Assembly: GCA_039621445.1 (NCBI GenBank)
Contig: CP154954.1
Location: 21,960,954 to 22,024,953, forward strand
Length of the DNA stretch: 64,000 nucleotides
Origin: Euglena gracilis
Taxonomy: Eukaryota
Direction: 5' to 3'
Program-made: the position numbers and the translations under genes
Notes under the pieces: model-generated
What the model was told of the DNA's origin: nothing
The model's database searches: none
Seen by the model: only the letters and a program-made list of their open reading frames with translations
Shown here: piece by piece, positions 33,601-46,982 of the stretch
How positions within the stretch are numbered: the stretch's first letter is position 1
How the letters are laid out: the number at the start of each line of letters is the position of its first letter

Positions 33601-36100
33601 AAAAAGGAATTTGTGGCCCCAGCTAAATCAGCCCCCAAGGGCGAGGAGGGTCCTCCGTCCCCCCCAACATGGTACGCAGAGGTTGCTTTACTGACTCTGT
33701 CAGTGAAGAATTTTTACTTTCGGTTGATGACAAATCAGAACCTTCCAACATGGTTAGCAGAATCTGTTCCAATCTTGAAGGCGGTTCTTCAACTCTGAAT
33801 GGTGAAACGGAAACAGATGACATTCCTACTATTTTTGAGGATTCTGACAGTGAAAATTTTGAGGAAGGGTTTAACCAGCGTGCCCAGTCATCTTGAGGGA
33901 CTTCCTCTGACTGTTTGGCGTCAGAGGATTGAATTAGTAGTTGCACAAATTGACAAAATTGTCCGAGGTTGGTGTTTTGACATTGACACCCGTTTTGAGA
34001 AATATTACGTGTCCCTGTTTGAGAGGGACAAGGCTCTGACAAAGCAGCTGGTTGACGTGCAATGTTTATTAAGTGTGGCAAAAGAAGAAATAGGACGAAT
34101 GGCGGAACAAATAAAATTGTTGGAACTGCAAATCGCTGAAAAGCTGCAGCTCAATGAAACAAAGTTGCCAAATCCAAAAAAAATTTGTGTCTGTGATTCA
34201 AAATTCTGGACATGTCACGAATTTGCAAACATCATCAGTGTCTTCTGAGAAAACTTCCTCAGATTTTGCTCCACAGCCAATAATATTCAGACAAACGAAC
34301 AAATTCTGGAGGCCTGCCAAAATCAGCTGGAACGACTTTCAATTTTTGAGACCAAATTGGTTTCAAGATTGGTGGGGTTGGGACTGGCATTTAAATCCCT
34401 GGAACAGCTGGGGGTGGTTTCCACGGTATCAGTGGTAGTGGTGATTTTTTTTTTCAGCACAGGTCTGACCACTGACTGGCACAGCACAGCACTTTACAGT
34501 GTCGAGCATGTTTCTGTGGGTTGTTTTGTTTTTGTATTTTGATAAGTTTTTTACGGTGCGCAAGCGTTGGAGGCAGATGTGCAATCAGGTCGGAAACAAA
34601 ATCTGGACTTTCAGTTTTCAGCGTTTGGCTTATGGAAAAACAGCCAAGTCAAACATTTTTTGAATCTGGTTTCTGGGGTGCACGTTTTTTCCCCAGTTGC
34701 TTTCCCCTTAAATGGAGGTGTGGGCCAATGAAATAAAAAAACCCAGCCACGTGGGTACTAAAGCCCTGTGACATAGTGGCTGAGGTCCAACGTGCAGCTC
34801 TGTTCTTTTGGCGTTCAAAAAAAAATCCAGACATTTTCATTTGGGATGGATGACAAGGAAGTGAGCGTGCATAGACACAAAACACACAACCGCACAAGCA
34901 CACGAACCCGCACACCCATTGTACACTATTCCATAAAACCGCTCACCCACTCACCTTTTCACGTTTGCTTACCGTTTGCCTGTTTCTCACCCAACTGTTC
35001 CTGTTCCAAATTGGAAAGAAATGCCAGGGTTTCTCTTTTTCTTTGCCCCCAAAATTCATTTTCTGAGGCACTGTTGGCCAAAGTCACTTATTTTTTTTAA
35101 AAAAAATCGAAATTTAATGAAGTCTCACATACTGAAAGCTGCCAAAAAAAAGAAAGGATTTTCACCAAAGGGGCAGCTTCGGACTTAGGCCTTGGGGTAG
35201 AGTGCCAAGATTTTGTGTCCAAAAACCCGTTCCCCATGCATCCCCGAGGAAAGGGGTGGGGGGGCTTCCCCCGAGGACCTGACTTTTCAGAGTCCCCCAA
35301 GGTGCCCGATATTATGGCTGGGGGGGGACAGACTCGTAATACCAATTTCCAAAAAAAAGCGACAGAAACCGTTCAATACATAAACAGCAGAACTTTCGGC
35401 CCCCACAAAAAAGATCAATTTCACTCTCCCCGTTTTTGCTCGGGGGGGTGGGGGGGGGCAGAAAAACGGTTCCGACTAACGTCGCAAGGGAGGGGGTGTC
35501 GGCTGCCGCTGGCGTCGGCAGCCAAAAATTTCCCCCAAATTCCCAAAAACTCCCAGTAAGAACCATCAAAGTAAGTTAACCGCCACGCGAGAGGATTTGG
35601 AACCACAACAAATTCCAGCAAGAATTTGAGAATTCGATTTGAGAATCACAAAAGCAGAAAAGTCAATTGAGAATTGAAGGATCAAAAAGGACAATTCAGT
35701 TATCCAAAGAAGCCAAGGCATCCCTTTCCACATTTTTGTTTCCTTGCCACAACAACTCACCTGAACTCAAAGGTACTCACCTACCCTCGCCAGCAGGTTT
35801 GTTGTGCTCTGCTATGTGCTTCCAAGTAGGAGGGTTGGTTTTTTCTTTGCTCACCTTTTCATCCAAATGTTTGAAAAGGCAAAACAGTGGAGTCTAAAAA
35901 CGATCTTACGCGGGGAGACAGGGGGACCTAGGTCGGGGGGGCTCACCTCACCCCCATTACCGCCTGTTGGCTTATTTGAAAATGGGGCCCAACTTGCCAA
36001 AGGCCCTGGCCTGAGCCCACCAGGGCCAGAAAAAGTAATTTGTGGCCACAGCGAAAGCAGCCCCCCAAAGGGCGAGGAGGGTCCTCCATCCCCCCCAACA
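24664..36100 (+). mobile_element. Tandem array of non-autonomous LTR element family C (LARD-like): 4 LTRs and 3 internal regions
   Basis: LTRs TGTCGG...CCAACA at 24664-25265, 28863-29464, 33068-33669, 35497-36100. PBS TGGTACGCAGAGG after LTRs 1-3; PPT AAGGGAGGGGG before LTRs 2-4; TSD CCCT at 24660-24663 and 36101-36104; no RT or IN. Confidence 0.9.
29594..30043 (+). pseudogene. Residual coiled-coil ORF of the family C internal region (also 25395-25850, 33799-34248, 37213-37728, 48475-48825)
   Basis: Heptad pattern EIGRMAEQIKLLELQIAEKLQ conserved across copies; variable stops and frameshifts. Confidence 0.5.
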
Positions 36101-36286
36101 CCCTGTGGGGGGCCTTTGGCTTTCGTGCCCCCTAAGTGGGCCGGCTCGGTCCTCCCCTGGGGGATTGGGGGGTTTTGCTGTTCGGTGCCCCCAGCGGGGG
36201 TGGCTTTGGTTCCCTTTGAAGGGGGCTTGGCTGTTCGGTGCCCCCTGCGGGGGTTTGGCTTCAGTTCCCCAAGGGGGGGGAGGGGG

Positions 36287-39200
36287 TGTCGGCTGCCGCT
36301 GGCGTCGGCAGCCAAAATTTCCCAGAAAATTCCCAAAAACCCCCAGTAGGAACCACCAAAACAAGTCAACCGCCACGCGAGAGGAATTAAAACCCCAGCA
36401 AAATCCAGAACAGAAGTCATTTGAGAATTAAAAAAGATTTGAAGAAAGCCAATACCAAGGACTTACAATTACAAAGAAGCCAGGGCATCCCTTTTCGCAT
36501 TTTTGTTTCCTTGTCACAACAACTCACCTGAATCTCCTGAACTCAAAGTACTGACCTTCCATCTCAAGCAGGTTTATTTGTGCTGTGTGCTTCCAAGTTG
36601 GAGGGTTGGTTTTGTTTTTGCTCACCTTTTGATTCAAATGTTTGAAAACACAAAACAGTGGAGGCTAAAAACGATCCTACGCGGGGCCACTGTGGACCCC
36701 GGGTTGGGGGGGCACACCTCACCCCCTTCACAATCTGTTGGTTTACTGGAAAACGGGGCCCCTTGCCTGAGCCCACCAGGGCCAGAAATGGGAAGTTGCG
36801 GCCCCAGCGAAAGCGGCAGCCCCCCCGGGCGGCGAGGGTCCTCCGGCCCCCCCCAACATGGTAGCAGAGGTTGCTTCACTGACTCTGACAGTGAAGAATT
36901 TGGATTCGGTTGATGACAAATCAGATTTTGATGTTGGTGATTTGAAAATTGTTCGCCAAAAGCTTGAAAGGATGGTTGCAATCAGCAATTTTGATGACTT
37001 TCAACTAGAACTTGTGAATGCTTTGAGGATAATTTGAGATGTGCAGTTTTTGCGATTTTCATGTGGATGAGGTTTGGATTGATGTCTCCGGAAGGGTCAG
37101 TTCGTTTCATTCTGAGAGATGTGGAATTCAGAGTGGAACACATTGAAAAAAAAATTGGCAGGCAAGTGAGCCCAGCCCAATCACTAGGGCATAGAAACGG
37201 GACATAGAATTTTTGACTTTGAAAATCAAAGTGGGTGATAACAGTCAAGATTTTAAGTCCTTGTGGAATGGTGAGGGGGCGATGGCGCGCACTCTGACGA
37301 AACAGCTGAAAGAGGTGACACATTCATTGGGAAAGGCAGAAGTGGAAATCGGAATGTTGACCGAGCAACTAAAAACTTTGGAACTGGAGATCGCTGAAAA
37401 GTTACAGCCCAGTGAAAAATTTCCAAGTCCAGAAAATTTTGTGTCTGTGAACCTGAATTCTGGAAATGTCACAAATTTGCAGCCGTCATCAGTCGTTTCT
37501 CTGAAAAATCTCCTCGGACGGAATTTACCACACAGCCAAGGAACTTCAGACAGGCAAAAAAATTCAGGAGGCCTGCCAAAACCAGTTGGAACAACTTTCA
37601 ATTTTTGCGACCAAGCTGGTTTCAACATTGGTGGGTTTGGGACTGGTACACAAATCCCTGGAACAGCTGGGGGTGGTTTCCACCTTATCAGTGGTTTTAG
37701 TGATTTTTTCAGCAGGTCTAACCACTGACTGGCACCGCACAGCATTTTACAGTGATCAGTATGTTTTTGTGGTTTGTTTATGCCTTTGTTATTATTGTTT
37801 CATACTTCTCATGGTGATTTGGTGTTGGAGGCAGATACGCAATCAGCCAGAATTTAAATCTGGATTTTTAGTTCACAGAGTTTGGCTTATGGAAAAACAG
37901 CCAAGTCAAACATTTTTTGAATCTGGTTTCTGGGGTGCATGTTTTTTCCCCATTTGCTTTCCACTTAAATGGAGACGCCCAGCCACGATGCTTGGCATTT
38001 TTCTCGTAGTGTTCAGGCAGCCAGATCAAATATTTTCTGTTTCAGAGTTTTCATTTTTTGGTTGTTGTCCCAAATATCATTTGGGGTGGGGCACGGCATT
38101 GACATGTGTCATCATCCCAGACGGGGACAAATCAGACATTTCAGGTTGGATTTTTGTTTGTGTTTTTGCTGGTCCCTTTTGTCACGGGACAGTTTTTCCA
38201 GAGGGAAACTTTTCCCCCGGACAGGGACATATGCTGGAGAATCGGCACATTTTTTGTGATTTTTCAGTCCAGTTTTATTGTGGTTTTCGAGTGTGTCAGC
38301 CCAGCAGTCCTGTGGCCGGTTATATCTGGGTTTTTGCCAAATCCTGAGGCAGGGGAGACGCCTCTATTTGACCACTCGAACCAAAAAGTGTTTTTGGGAA
38401 AGCGCGAAAAGAGGGGTTCCGAGGGTGTGGCTAGACCCAGGCAAGGAATAAACACCCCTGTGGCCACCCCCCTAATGACTCAGGAAACAATTTTAAGTTT
38501 TCAGTTCAGTGGGAACCAAGGTGGATAAACCCCAGGAGGAAAAGACGCCCCTGATGAAAGTTCATTTTTGGGCCCATCAGTGACATCATCATGATTTGGT
38601 TCAGTTTTCAGTGACAAAATTTGTGATCTGTGGGTTGCACTTTCTGCAGAATTTTTTTCTGCTGTGGAGTTTGCTTAAGGGAGAAAATCACAGAAGTGGG
38701 GAACGCCTCACAATGCAAAACTCCCACTGGCATTTTTTTTACAGTTTGAGGCTTATTGGAGCAGTTCTCGTGTGACCAATTTGATGGATAAAGATCAGAT
38801 TTTTAAGTGCCGTTTTTGTCCAGAATTAAGTGGTATTTCAGTCAGGAAATTGAGAAATCTGCCTTGTGTGTTGCCAGTGGTGAATTTGTGCGTGTGTGTG
38901 TGTCCTTTGTCATGCAGGTTTTGCAAGCAATCAAGCAATCAAACACAAAATGAAGGAGCAAAGCAGTCAATAAATCAAGTATTTTGACTGAGTTTATCGA
39001 ATTCAAAGATTTCAAACGTTTGCAAAGAATTGACTTCAAAGGCTGGGATTATGAACATTTCAAGTCGAGTTGGAGAACAGACTTCAATGACATCAATTGA
39101 ATTGAATGACGTGATTACAATTGTCATGATTACAATTGTGGATTGTTTGTGGAGTTGCAGAATGGTGGATGCATTTTTTTTTTACTGAAGTTCTGAGGAG

Positions 39201-41760
39201 AGAAGCTTAATGACCTCACAGAGCCTGCAGAGCGATGCAGTTGGCTGCTCCCACAGCGCTGAATCAGATTTTTCATGTTTCTGGGCCTCAAGATTTTGCG
39301 CGTGGTTTGGAGCCATTTTTTCTCCCTCCTCGTGCTGCTGGGTGGGGGGCGGGGGCTGTGTTTAGCCCTGTTTTTTTGTTGGTGTGGTGGATCAAAATCA
39401 GATTTGGCTTTACGGTTGGAATTTTTTGGCTCAGAATTGAATACCCTGTGAGACATTTGGGTGAAGACAGGAATGCATCATTTTGTGAACGTGACTGGTT
39501 TTGGTCACACCCCAGATTGTGACGGGGTTTGATGAAATTTCCATTTTTCCTATTTTTTTTGTCAAGGGGGGATTTCAGTTTTGCAGAAAGGAATTTTCAA
39601 CCCGTGGCCCTACCCGCACTGGTTGACGGTGGGGGGGGGCGACATTTTGAAGGCCCGTCCTTTGACATGTGTGAGATTTCAGCCGGTTTGGATATTACGG
39701 CCCAGGTTTGTGATTTTTTTTTGTTTGGAGGCTGAAGCCAGATTGACCCCCATGGCCCCATGTGACTGGGGAGAGGGGTGCAGCGAAAAATCGCTTTGGC
39801 TGAGAAAATTGGATATGAATTTTTATTATTTTTGAGTTTGCCATGTCATTTGACCATTTGACCCCCATTGCCCCGTGTGATTGGGGGGGGGGGCAGTAAA
39901 TTTTAATTGGCAAGCCGAATTGGTTGGTTTCAGCTGTGAATGGTTGTGCCCAGGGTTGGCTGGATTGGCCTGGCCCCTCTGCAACGGTGTGCTGCTGGAT
40001 GTTGCTTCTGTTGGGTTGGTTGCTCTCGGTTGGACCTTGTTTGTTGGATGTGGCAGGTTAGAATTCTCGATGATCAGGGCTCTTGTAGGCCCTGGACTTG
40101 TGGGTTGGACCCAGATTTTTGATTTTTTGAGGATTTTTTTATTTCTGGAGGATTTTTATTCAAACAGTTGGAAAAAACCTGGGTTTTCGATGATTTTGCT
40201 GCAGGATGAAAAACGAGCTGGGATTTTAGAACTCAGTTTTTTTCTTCGGTTTGGATTATGGACATTCGTCAAAGGCATTTTTTTCATGGAACACAGCTTT
40301 GGCGGCATCCGAACTTGGGGGGGGGGACCCTGGACGGGAGATGACCCCTCCTCCGTCCAAAGGCCCTGGTGTGGACCAATGAAAAAAAAACCCCAGCCAA
40401 GTGGCCACTAAAGCCCTGTGATATAGTGGCTGAGGGCCAATGTGAAGCCCTGTTCTCTTTGCGTTCAAAAAAAAATTGGCCCAGTCATTTTCTTTTGGAA
40501 TGTATGACAAGGAAGTGAGTGTGCATACACACAAAACACACAACCGCACACGCACACGAACCCGCACACCCCTTGTAGACTATTCCATATAACCGCTTAC
40601 CCTCTCACCTTTTCACTTTTGCTTATCGTTCGCCTTTTTCTTACCAAACTGTCCCGAATTGGAAAGGAATGCCTAGGTTTCTGTTTTCTCTTTCCCCACA
40701 CAATTCGTTTTCTGAGGCACTGTTGGCCAAAGTCCCTGATTTTTTTAAAAAAATTGAAATCGAATGAAGCCTCGCATGATGAAAGCTGCCAAGAAAATAA
40801 CAAATAATTTTCACCAAGGGGGCAGCGTGGGACTTAGGCCTTGGGGTGGAGTGCCCAGAGTTTGTTTCGTTTGGAAACGTTTTTCAGATTTTGTGTTCAA
40901 AGGCCCGTTCCCCATGCTGGTCGGAGGAAAGGGGTGGGGGGTGACTCCCCCGAAGACCTTATTTTTTCGGGTCCCCCAAGGTTCCCGATACTATGGCTGG
41001 GGGTGGGGTCGAATCGTAACGCAGATTTTCAAAAAAAAAGGCGACAGGACACGTTTTAAAAAACACAGAATTTTCGCCCCCCACAAAAAAAAATCAATCT
41101 TACTCTCCCCGTTTTTGCTCGGGGGGGAGGGGGGGCAGAAAAACGGGTCAGACTAACGTCGCAAGGCAAGGGGTGTCGGCTGCCGCTGGCGTCGGCGGCC
41201 AAAAATTTCCCAGAAAATTCCCAAAGAAACCCCAGTAGGAACCACCGAAGCAAGTCAACCGCCACACAAGAGGAATTGGAACCACAGCAACTTCCAGAAC
41301 AGAAGTCATTTCAGAATTACAGAAGAATTGAAGAAAGCCAATACCAAGAATTTACAGTTCCAAAGAAGCCAAGGCATCCATTTTCACATTTTTGTTTCCT
41401 TGTCACAACAACTCACCTGAATCTCCTGAACTCAAAGGTACTGACCTTCCCTCTCAAGCAGGTTTGTTTGTGCTGTGTGTTTCAAGTTGGAGGGTTGGTT
41501 TTGTCTTTGCTCACCTTTTGATTCAAATTTTTGAAAACACAAAACAGTGGAGGCTAAAAACGATCCTACGCGGGGAGACAGGGGGACCTGGGTCGGGGGG
41601 GACACCTCACCCCCATTGCTGCCGGTTTTATTTATTTGAAAACGGGGCTCAGTTTCACAAAGGCCCTGACCTGAGCCCACCAGGGCCGGAAATGGGAAGT
41701 TGCGGCTCCAGCGAAAGCGGCAGGCCCCCCGGGCGGCCAGGGTCCTCCGGCCCCCCAACA
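36287..41760 (+). mobile_element. Family C non-autonomous LTR element, divergent subfamily
   Basis: LTRs 36287-36858 and 41174-41760; PBS TGGTAGCAGAGG at 36859-36870; TSD GGGG. Confidence 0.9.
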
Positions 41761-42857
41761 GGGGATTGCTCGGTGCCCCAAGAGGGTTCCTGGCTGTTTG
41801 GCTATGTGGTCCCTTGGGGGACATGGCTGCCTGGCTCCCTCGCTCTGTAAAGCGGTCCTAAGCCAGAAATTGGCCAAATTTGCCTTAGTGGGGCTGAAAA
41901 TCACTCAAATAACAGTTTCTGGTTTTCAGTCGAATTTGGACAAGGGAAAAGGATTACTATGGTTCGGCTTGAAGGCCTGAACTCCATTTTTGACCTTGCA
42001 AGGCCGATACTTTGAAATCTTCAAGACCGGCCGAAAAATTTTCCACCGTAAGAATTGTCATTGTCCCTAAGTAACCTAAGAAAGTCGCAACTCGAACCCG
42101 CCAATTTTAAACTCCATCTCACTCACAGTTTTTTTTTGCCCAGACCATGCACTGGTGCAACACAACAAAAAAATATCAATTGTGTGTGCAGGCGGGAACC
42201 AGATTTTGATAAAACTTTGGATTTAAAGGGTCAATTGGAAAAGCTCAAAATAAAAAAAGAAATGATTGCCTATTCTGACTTCGAAGACCGGCGGCTGCCT
42301 CAAAAAACAGCCGAGGCAGAAGGATCTGAATAATCTTCGAACCAAGGTCGTGGTCTCAAGGAGGTCCTACCCGGAACCTCTGGCCAGAGCGAAGCCCGCC
42401 AGGCAGCTGCAGCAGAAGAAAGACAAAGAAGAAAGACAAGAAGAAAGATCGAAGAAGAAGTTACAACAAAGACATTGTTGAAGCTGCGCTGTATGGAAGC
42501 TGGTGGACCAGTGTGCGTCCATGGACTTCCCTTTGACCCCTTTTGCCCCAGAAAAGCTCTTTCGCTTTCTCCTGGTGCGCACCTACTTAGGTCAGGTGAG
42601 TAAAAATCCTTAGTGTAACAAAACCCTTTGTCACAATTCCCCTATGCTGAGGCAAAGCAAAATGAAAGCTGCTGTGTCGGGATTTTCCTTCACAGTTGTG
42701 TTCAGTTCTTTCAGAGTTTTTGGGTTGCGCCCCAGTGGAGAATAGAGATCCGTGTTGTGGAAAGCAGAACCCGATCAGGACTGTGTCTGAAATCCTGACG
42801 GGATATGGGATGACCTAGTCCAACAAGGAAATTGGGCATAGCAGTGGGAGGGGGATG

Positions 42858-43017
42858 TGTACCAGGCACGATCCCAGCTGTGTGGTAAATCTGCGGAGTC
42901 TGGATCCATCACAATCTGAGGGCTGTGTATGAGCACAGCCTGGCAATCGTGGCAGATTCTATGGCAATTAGCAACACGTATCGCACGTGCTCACGTGATC
43001 TCTTTTCCTCACAGGTG
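42858..43017 (+). repeat. Truncated family A-related LTR preceded by a PPT
   Basis: gggagggggatg then TGTACCAGGC; homologous to 46983-47140. Confidence 0.6.
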
Positions 43018-43066
43018 TAATAATTTCACACCATTTGAGTCAAGAGAAGTAAAAACGTGCCAACGG

Positions 43067-46000
43067 TTACCGCTTATCGCGGTTACATATTAGCCTTTTC
43101 TGGGAAAATAGGGCTGGCAGGTTTCCTGTCAAAGTATCCAATCCACCCACGCGCGGGTTGCTCAAGTGTATTCGCTTAAAACCCGAGGGGTTTTCGCCAT
43201 CGTGTTGCGTGTGGTTGAAATTTTGTTTGTGCTCCCAACTGTCGACGCAATTGGCACATACCAAGGCGACACAGTTCGGGATGTACACGCTCTTATGGAA
43301 CGATTTCTGATACACAGGGTTACAGGCATGGACAAGGGGTAATCCCAAGTCAGGTGCACTGTTGTATGGGTTGTGGCATATGCAAAGCCACCAAAAACGG
43401 CCTTCCGTTTTGTCGACGAGTAAATCGTCGCCAAAGGTCTGAGCCAAAACGTGTGGAGATCTGGAAATGTAATAATTATAGGTCACGTCCTGGTCAAAAG
43501 ACCATTTTTGGCCTTGACCGAACAGTGGCTCAATCCATCGATTGAGACATTGGTCTGTCCTCAGTTTGTGATGGATCCCCATGTACGTGACTTTCAGGTC
43601 AGGGGTCTCAGGATCACCCTGTGCAAGGGGGCGGGCAGGCTCCTATCCTGGTTATACCCGGAAAGGGCCCCTGGGCAGTCATATCCGCACTAGGAAACAA
43701 AAGCCTACTTGCAGAACCGACTGCTGGCGACAGCTTTGCACGGGTGGGGGGAAAGTTAGGAGGAGTGGCTTAGGTCAAAACATAATTTTTGCTGTCTGGC
43801 AGCCTCAAAAGGCCCCATGGCCGAAAAGTGACAACTTTGGTCTTCACAGCAGCAGCTCCTTCACGACGTGATAAGAGGCGCTTACCTCCTGCAGACTGCT
43901 TTCGTCCGCACGTTGGGTTTATGTGAGGTGGGGCCTGGGTGCATCCACCCAAAGTGCCCGTAAGGGGGAGCCATTGGATGCTTACGTCCAGAGCTGGTGT
44001 ACATAACAGACCTGGGTTCATTCCAAGGCTGTTTAGCGGTTTCCGCTACCAGTGTATGATCCTCCACGGATATCCAGGCTCCATGAAGGACCTTCCTTAC
44101 GTTGGGCCTGAGATGATATAATGCCGTTTCGGCACTATATCATATCCAACCGCCCGTAATCATGGCGGGAGTCAAGGGGGTCTTCCACCAGGACCATTTG
44201 TAATTGTTGCGGTGGGGGCCGGTCCACCAGCCAGGTTTCTGGCGATTCGTATTCGAAATCCGGTGGAACACAGTCCCGAACACATCCATTGGAGACTTCT
44301 GGCTTCCTTACACACTCTCTTTCCGCGGGGAACCACTGCAGCTTCTCCCAGTGTTTCATGGGCAGAGTGGCTGGCCAAACGAAAAAATTAATTCGTGGCT
44401 GTTTGGCTGACACCAGCGGTGCATTCCCCGGGTGGAAGTGAATTGGCATGTAGTGTGCAGATTCCGCGCGTACTGTATGAGGTCGTAATACGGCCGCAAG
44501 CCAGTCCTTCCAGGTCATGCCGAAATTTTCCGCCGGCCATTGTGGTAGGCCCCAGCCACCATTTTAGTCCGCTGTGGCGAACAGCAGGAAAAGTATCTTT
44601 TTCCAGTCTCCTGTGTCCAGGAGGTAAAAAATGTTACCCCTGCTTTTTCATCAGCAAGGCTTATCGCCGCACTGTCTACCTGCGAGCCACAGGCCATTCT
44701 CGCGTGGCGGTAGTCGTCAAGCTTGAGGTTGCTGTTCTTTTGAGTGACCACTTTCCAGTCAATCACAATGCCACCTTCCGTGGGTGTCTCAGCTACGGAG
44801 GTCCGGTTTTTTCCATGCCGTTTTGACTGAGGCTTTGGCTCTAAGTTTTTCTCATAGCCGGATGACGTGACATGCGTGAATCCTTGTCCCGGGGTTGATC
44901 CCCGAGAAGAGGATGCCACACCCTGATTTCCAGCACCACCACCGCCTTTCGGTGGGGGCTGGAAATGGGCCAGATTTTGGTGTGGGTTTGCAAGGTGCGG
45001 CGCCCGGCTTTGCTTTGGCCGGGTCCTTCGGGGTTCCGCTTTCCGGAGCGTCCGAGGGTCGTCTTTCGGCGTCGCGTTTTCTAGCCCAGGTGAGTGGTTA
45101 CGCTTGAGATGGGGGCCTTAACCCTGATATTGAGCGTCGTTGTCCTTCAGCAGGGGTTTCCCGAGCTGAGGGCCGCCCCGCACGCTCCTTCGCGGCTTCT
45201 TGGGTATCCCTTAGGTAGCCGGAGGATGGTGTGGGTGCAGGTGTGCCCGGAGCAGTTTGTGTTGGCCGAGCCTGTGGCGGCATGGACGTCATCTCAACCT
45301 GTTTTTCAGGTGCCGGCGTCCTCGTGCCCCGACGCTTCCGTGCCGTGATTTTTGCTGCACGTTGAGGTTCGGTTTCATCCGGTGCCTCAGGTGGCGCTGC
45401 CGGTGCTGGCACTGGTTCATCCTGTGCTGGAACAGCTGGCGTTGTCTCTACTGCCATTGATGTTCTCTGGCCTTCCGTCCGGGTCGCTTCTGACACCGGC
45501 GGCGGCGAAGCCATGGGGGGAGGTTCATCCTTCACGTGGCTGCAGTGCCAACTGCGCCTTCCGCCGGCTGGGCCGTTTCCGCCGCAGCTGTGGAAGACAT
45601 GGCTTCCACAGCTGCCGTACCACGTGGAGTGACAACTGCTATCAGTGAACGCAAACCACCAAGTACGCGTCCGCCCAGCGATGTGTGCCGCTCCGGCCCT
45701 TCAGCCGAAGTGGGCTCATTCTTCGGCTCCTTTGTCGACGGGGTCTCCCCGGAAACAGGGAGCTAGAGGCGTTACACCTCAGGTGTGTGGGGTACCACCG
45801 TATCTCCAAGCAGGTTTTCCCACGGAGGGGTTGGATAGTCCGTCGTACTGAGTGAGGTAGGTGAAGTAGGTACAGGTGTCCTTTCACACTTCCGTGGCTC
45901 TGGGCGCTGGGCAGTTTCCGCCACAGTGTCCAGCATCACGACAGATGGGCTACGGTTTTCCTGTGCCGGAGGTTCCGCTGGCAGAGCTTCATCCTCCGCC

Positions 46001-46875
46001 ATTGGTACCGTTTCCTCGTCCTCCTCCGCTACCGGAGGGGATTCGGTTGTGTGTAGCTGTGCTGCAGAACGCGGGTCATTGTCGATTCTGCAGCACTCCT
46101 GTGCATCTGACAGGCGCCAAAAGCTTATACTTTCACTCCTGTCAGAGTTGGGGCATGGCGGTGGTGTTTGCGGCAGACGAGAAGTCCCACGGAGGTAGCT
46201 CTCCGGCGCGTAGTACCAAGCCGAGTATCGCTCGAGTAGCTTATTCGGTAAGGCAGTGGGCTCACACGCGCGACGTCGTGGGTTCGAGACCCAGGTCCCG
46301 CCGTGTGAGTCGTGATCGATCCCGTACGCGCAGAGGGCATACCGCGGGGATCGATCGGCGTGTGAGGCTGCGCACGTGGACGAACGTTGATGGGTTGGAT
46401 TGCCACGGGCGTGGCCCCTCGCTAGCGGACGAGCCACGGCAAGTAGTATGAGCTGCCCCGTGGCCGTCCAACAGCGGGTGGCTAAACCTACAAACAGGTG
46501 GCCACATTGGTCCTACCCAGCTTCCGGGTAAAGGCTCTTGCTCGCTTTCGTCGGTAATGCACAGGCTTTCCCATTACGCCCGACGCATTTCATCCAAACC
46601 GTTGTCACCTTCTGCTTCCAGAAAGGCCGGTAACGGCAGAGCATAACAACGTTCGCGAACCTCTTGTGACACAATAAAGGTTCGAAACTCTTATAGTTCC
46701 GGATATTCCCGAAGTGGGTGGCGATATGCTCGCGGAGGCCTATTTCGGTTTCCTGGAAGTCCAGCAGCGGGTTCATCCTGCGTCGGTTTCTGTCATCTAG
46801 TCTGGCTTCGACCTCGGTATCCACTTCCTGTAGAATACCACATCGGTCATCCAGGAAATAGATGTAAACCTCCAA
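43067..46875 (-). pseudogene. Long decayed ORF of unknown function
   Basis: Chain of abutting - strand ORFs (46513-46875, 45772-46437, 45098-45535, 44515-44919, 44135-44518, 43770-44021, 43067-43582) with protein-like composition. Confidence 0.55.
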
Positions 46876-46982
46876 GACGTAGGTAATCCACGCCCTGCGC
46901 CAAAATTATTGCCGCAGAAATATTTTCTGCCGGTGCTGTTTCAGCAGCTTTTTGTACTGTGTTCCAATTTGGGGTTGCAGTA

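Noticed and set aside
24664-36100. rDNA array or plain satellite
   Set aside because: No rRNA motifs recognised; LTR, PBS, PPT and TSD explain the units.
24307-42582. Many short ORFs in the track over family C and GC-rich tracts
   Set aside because: Frames are not preserved between near-identical copies and no domains are recognisable.
43016-46912. Terminal inverted repeats around the unknown ORF
   Set aside because: Only an 8-nt AT-rich core (aataattt) matches and no TSD was seen.
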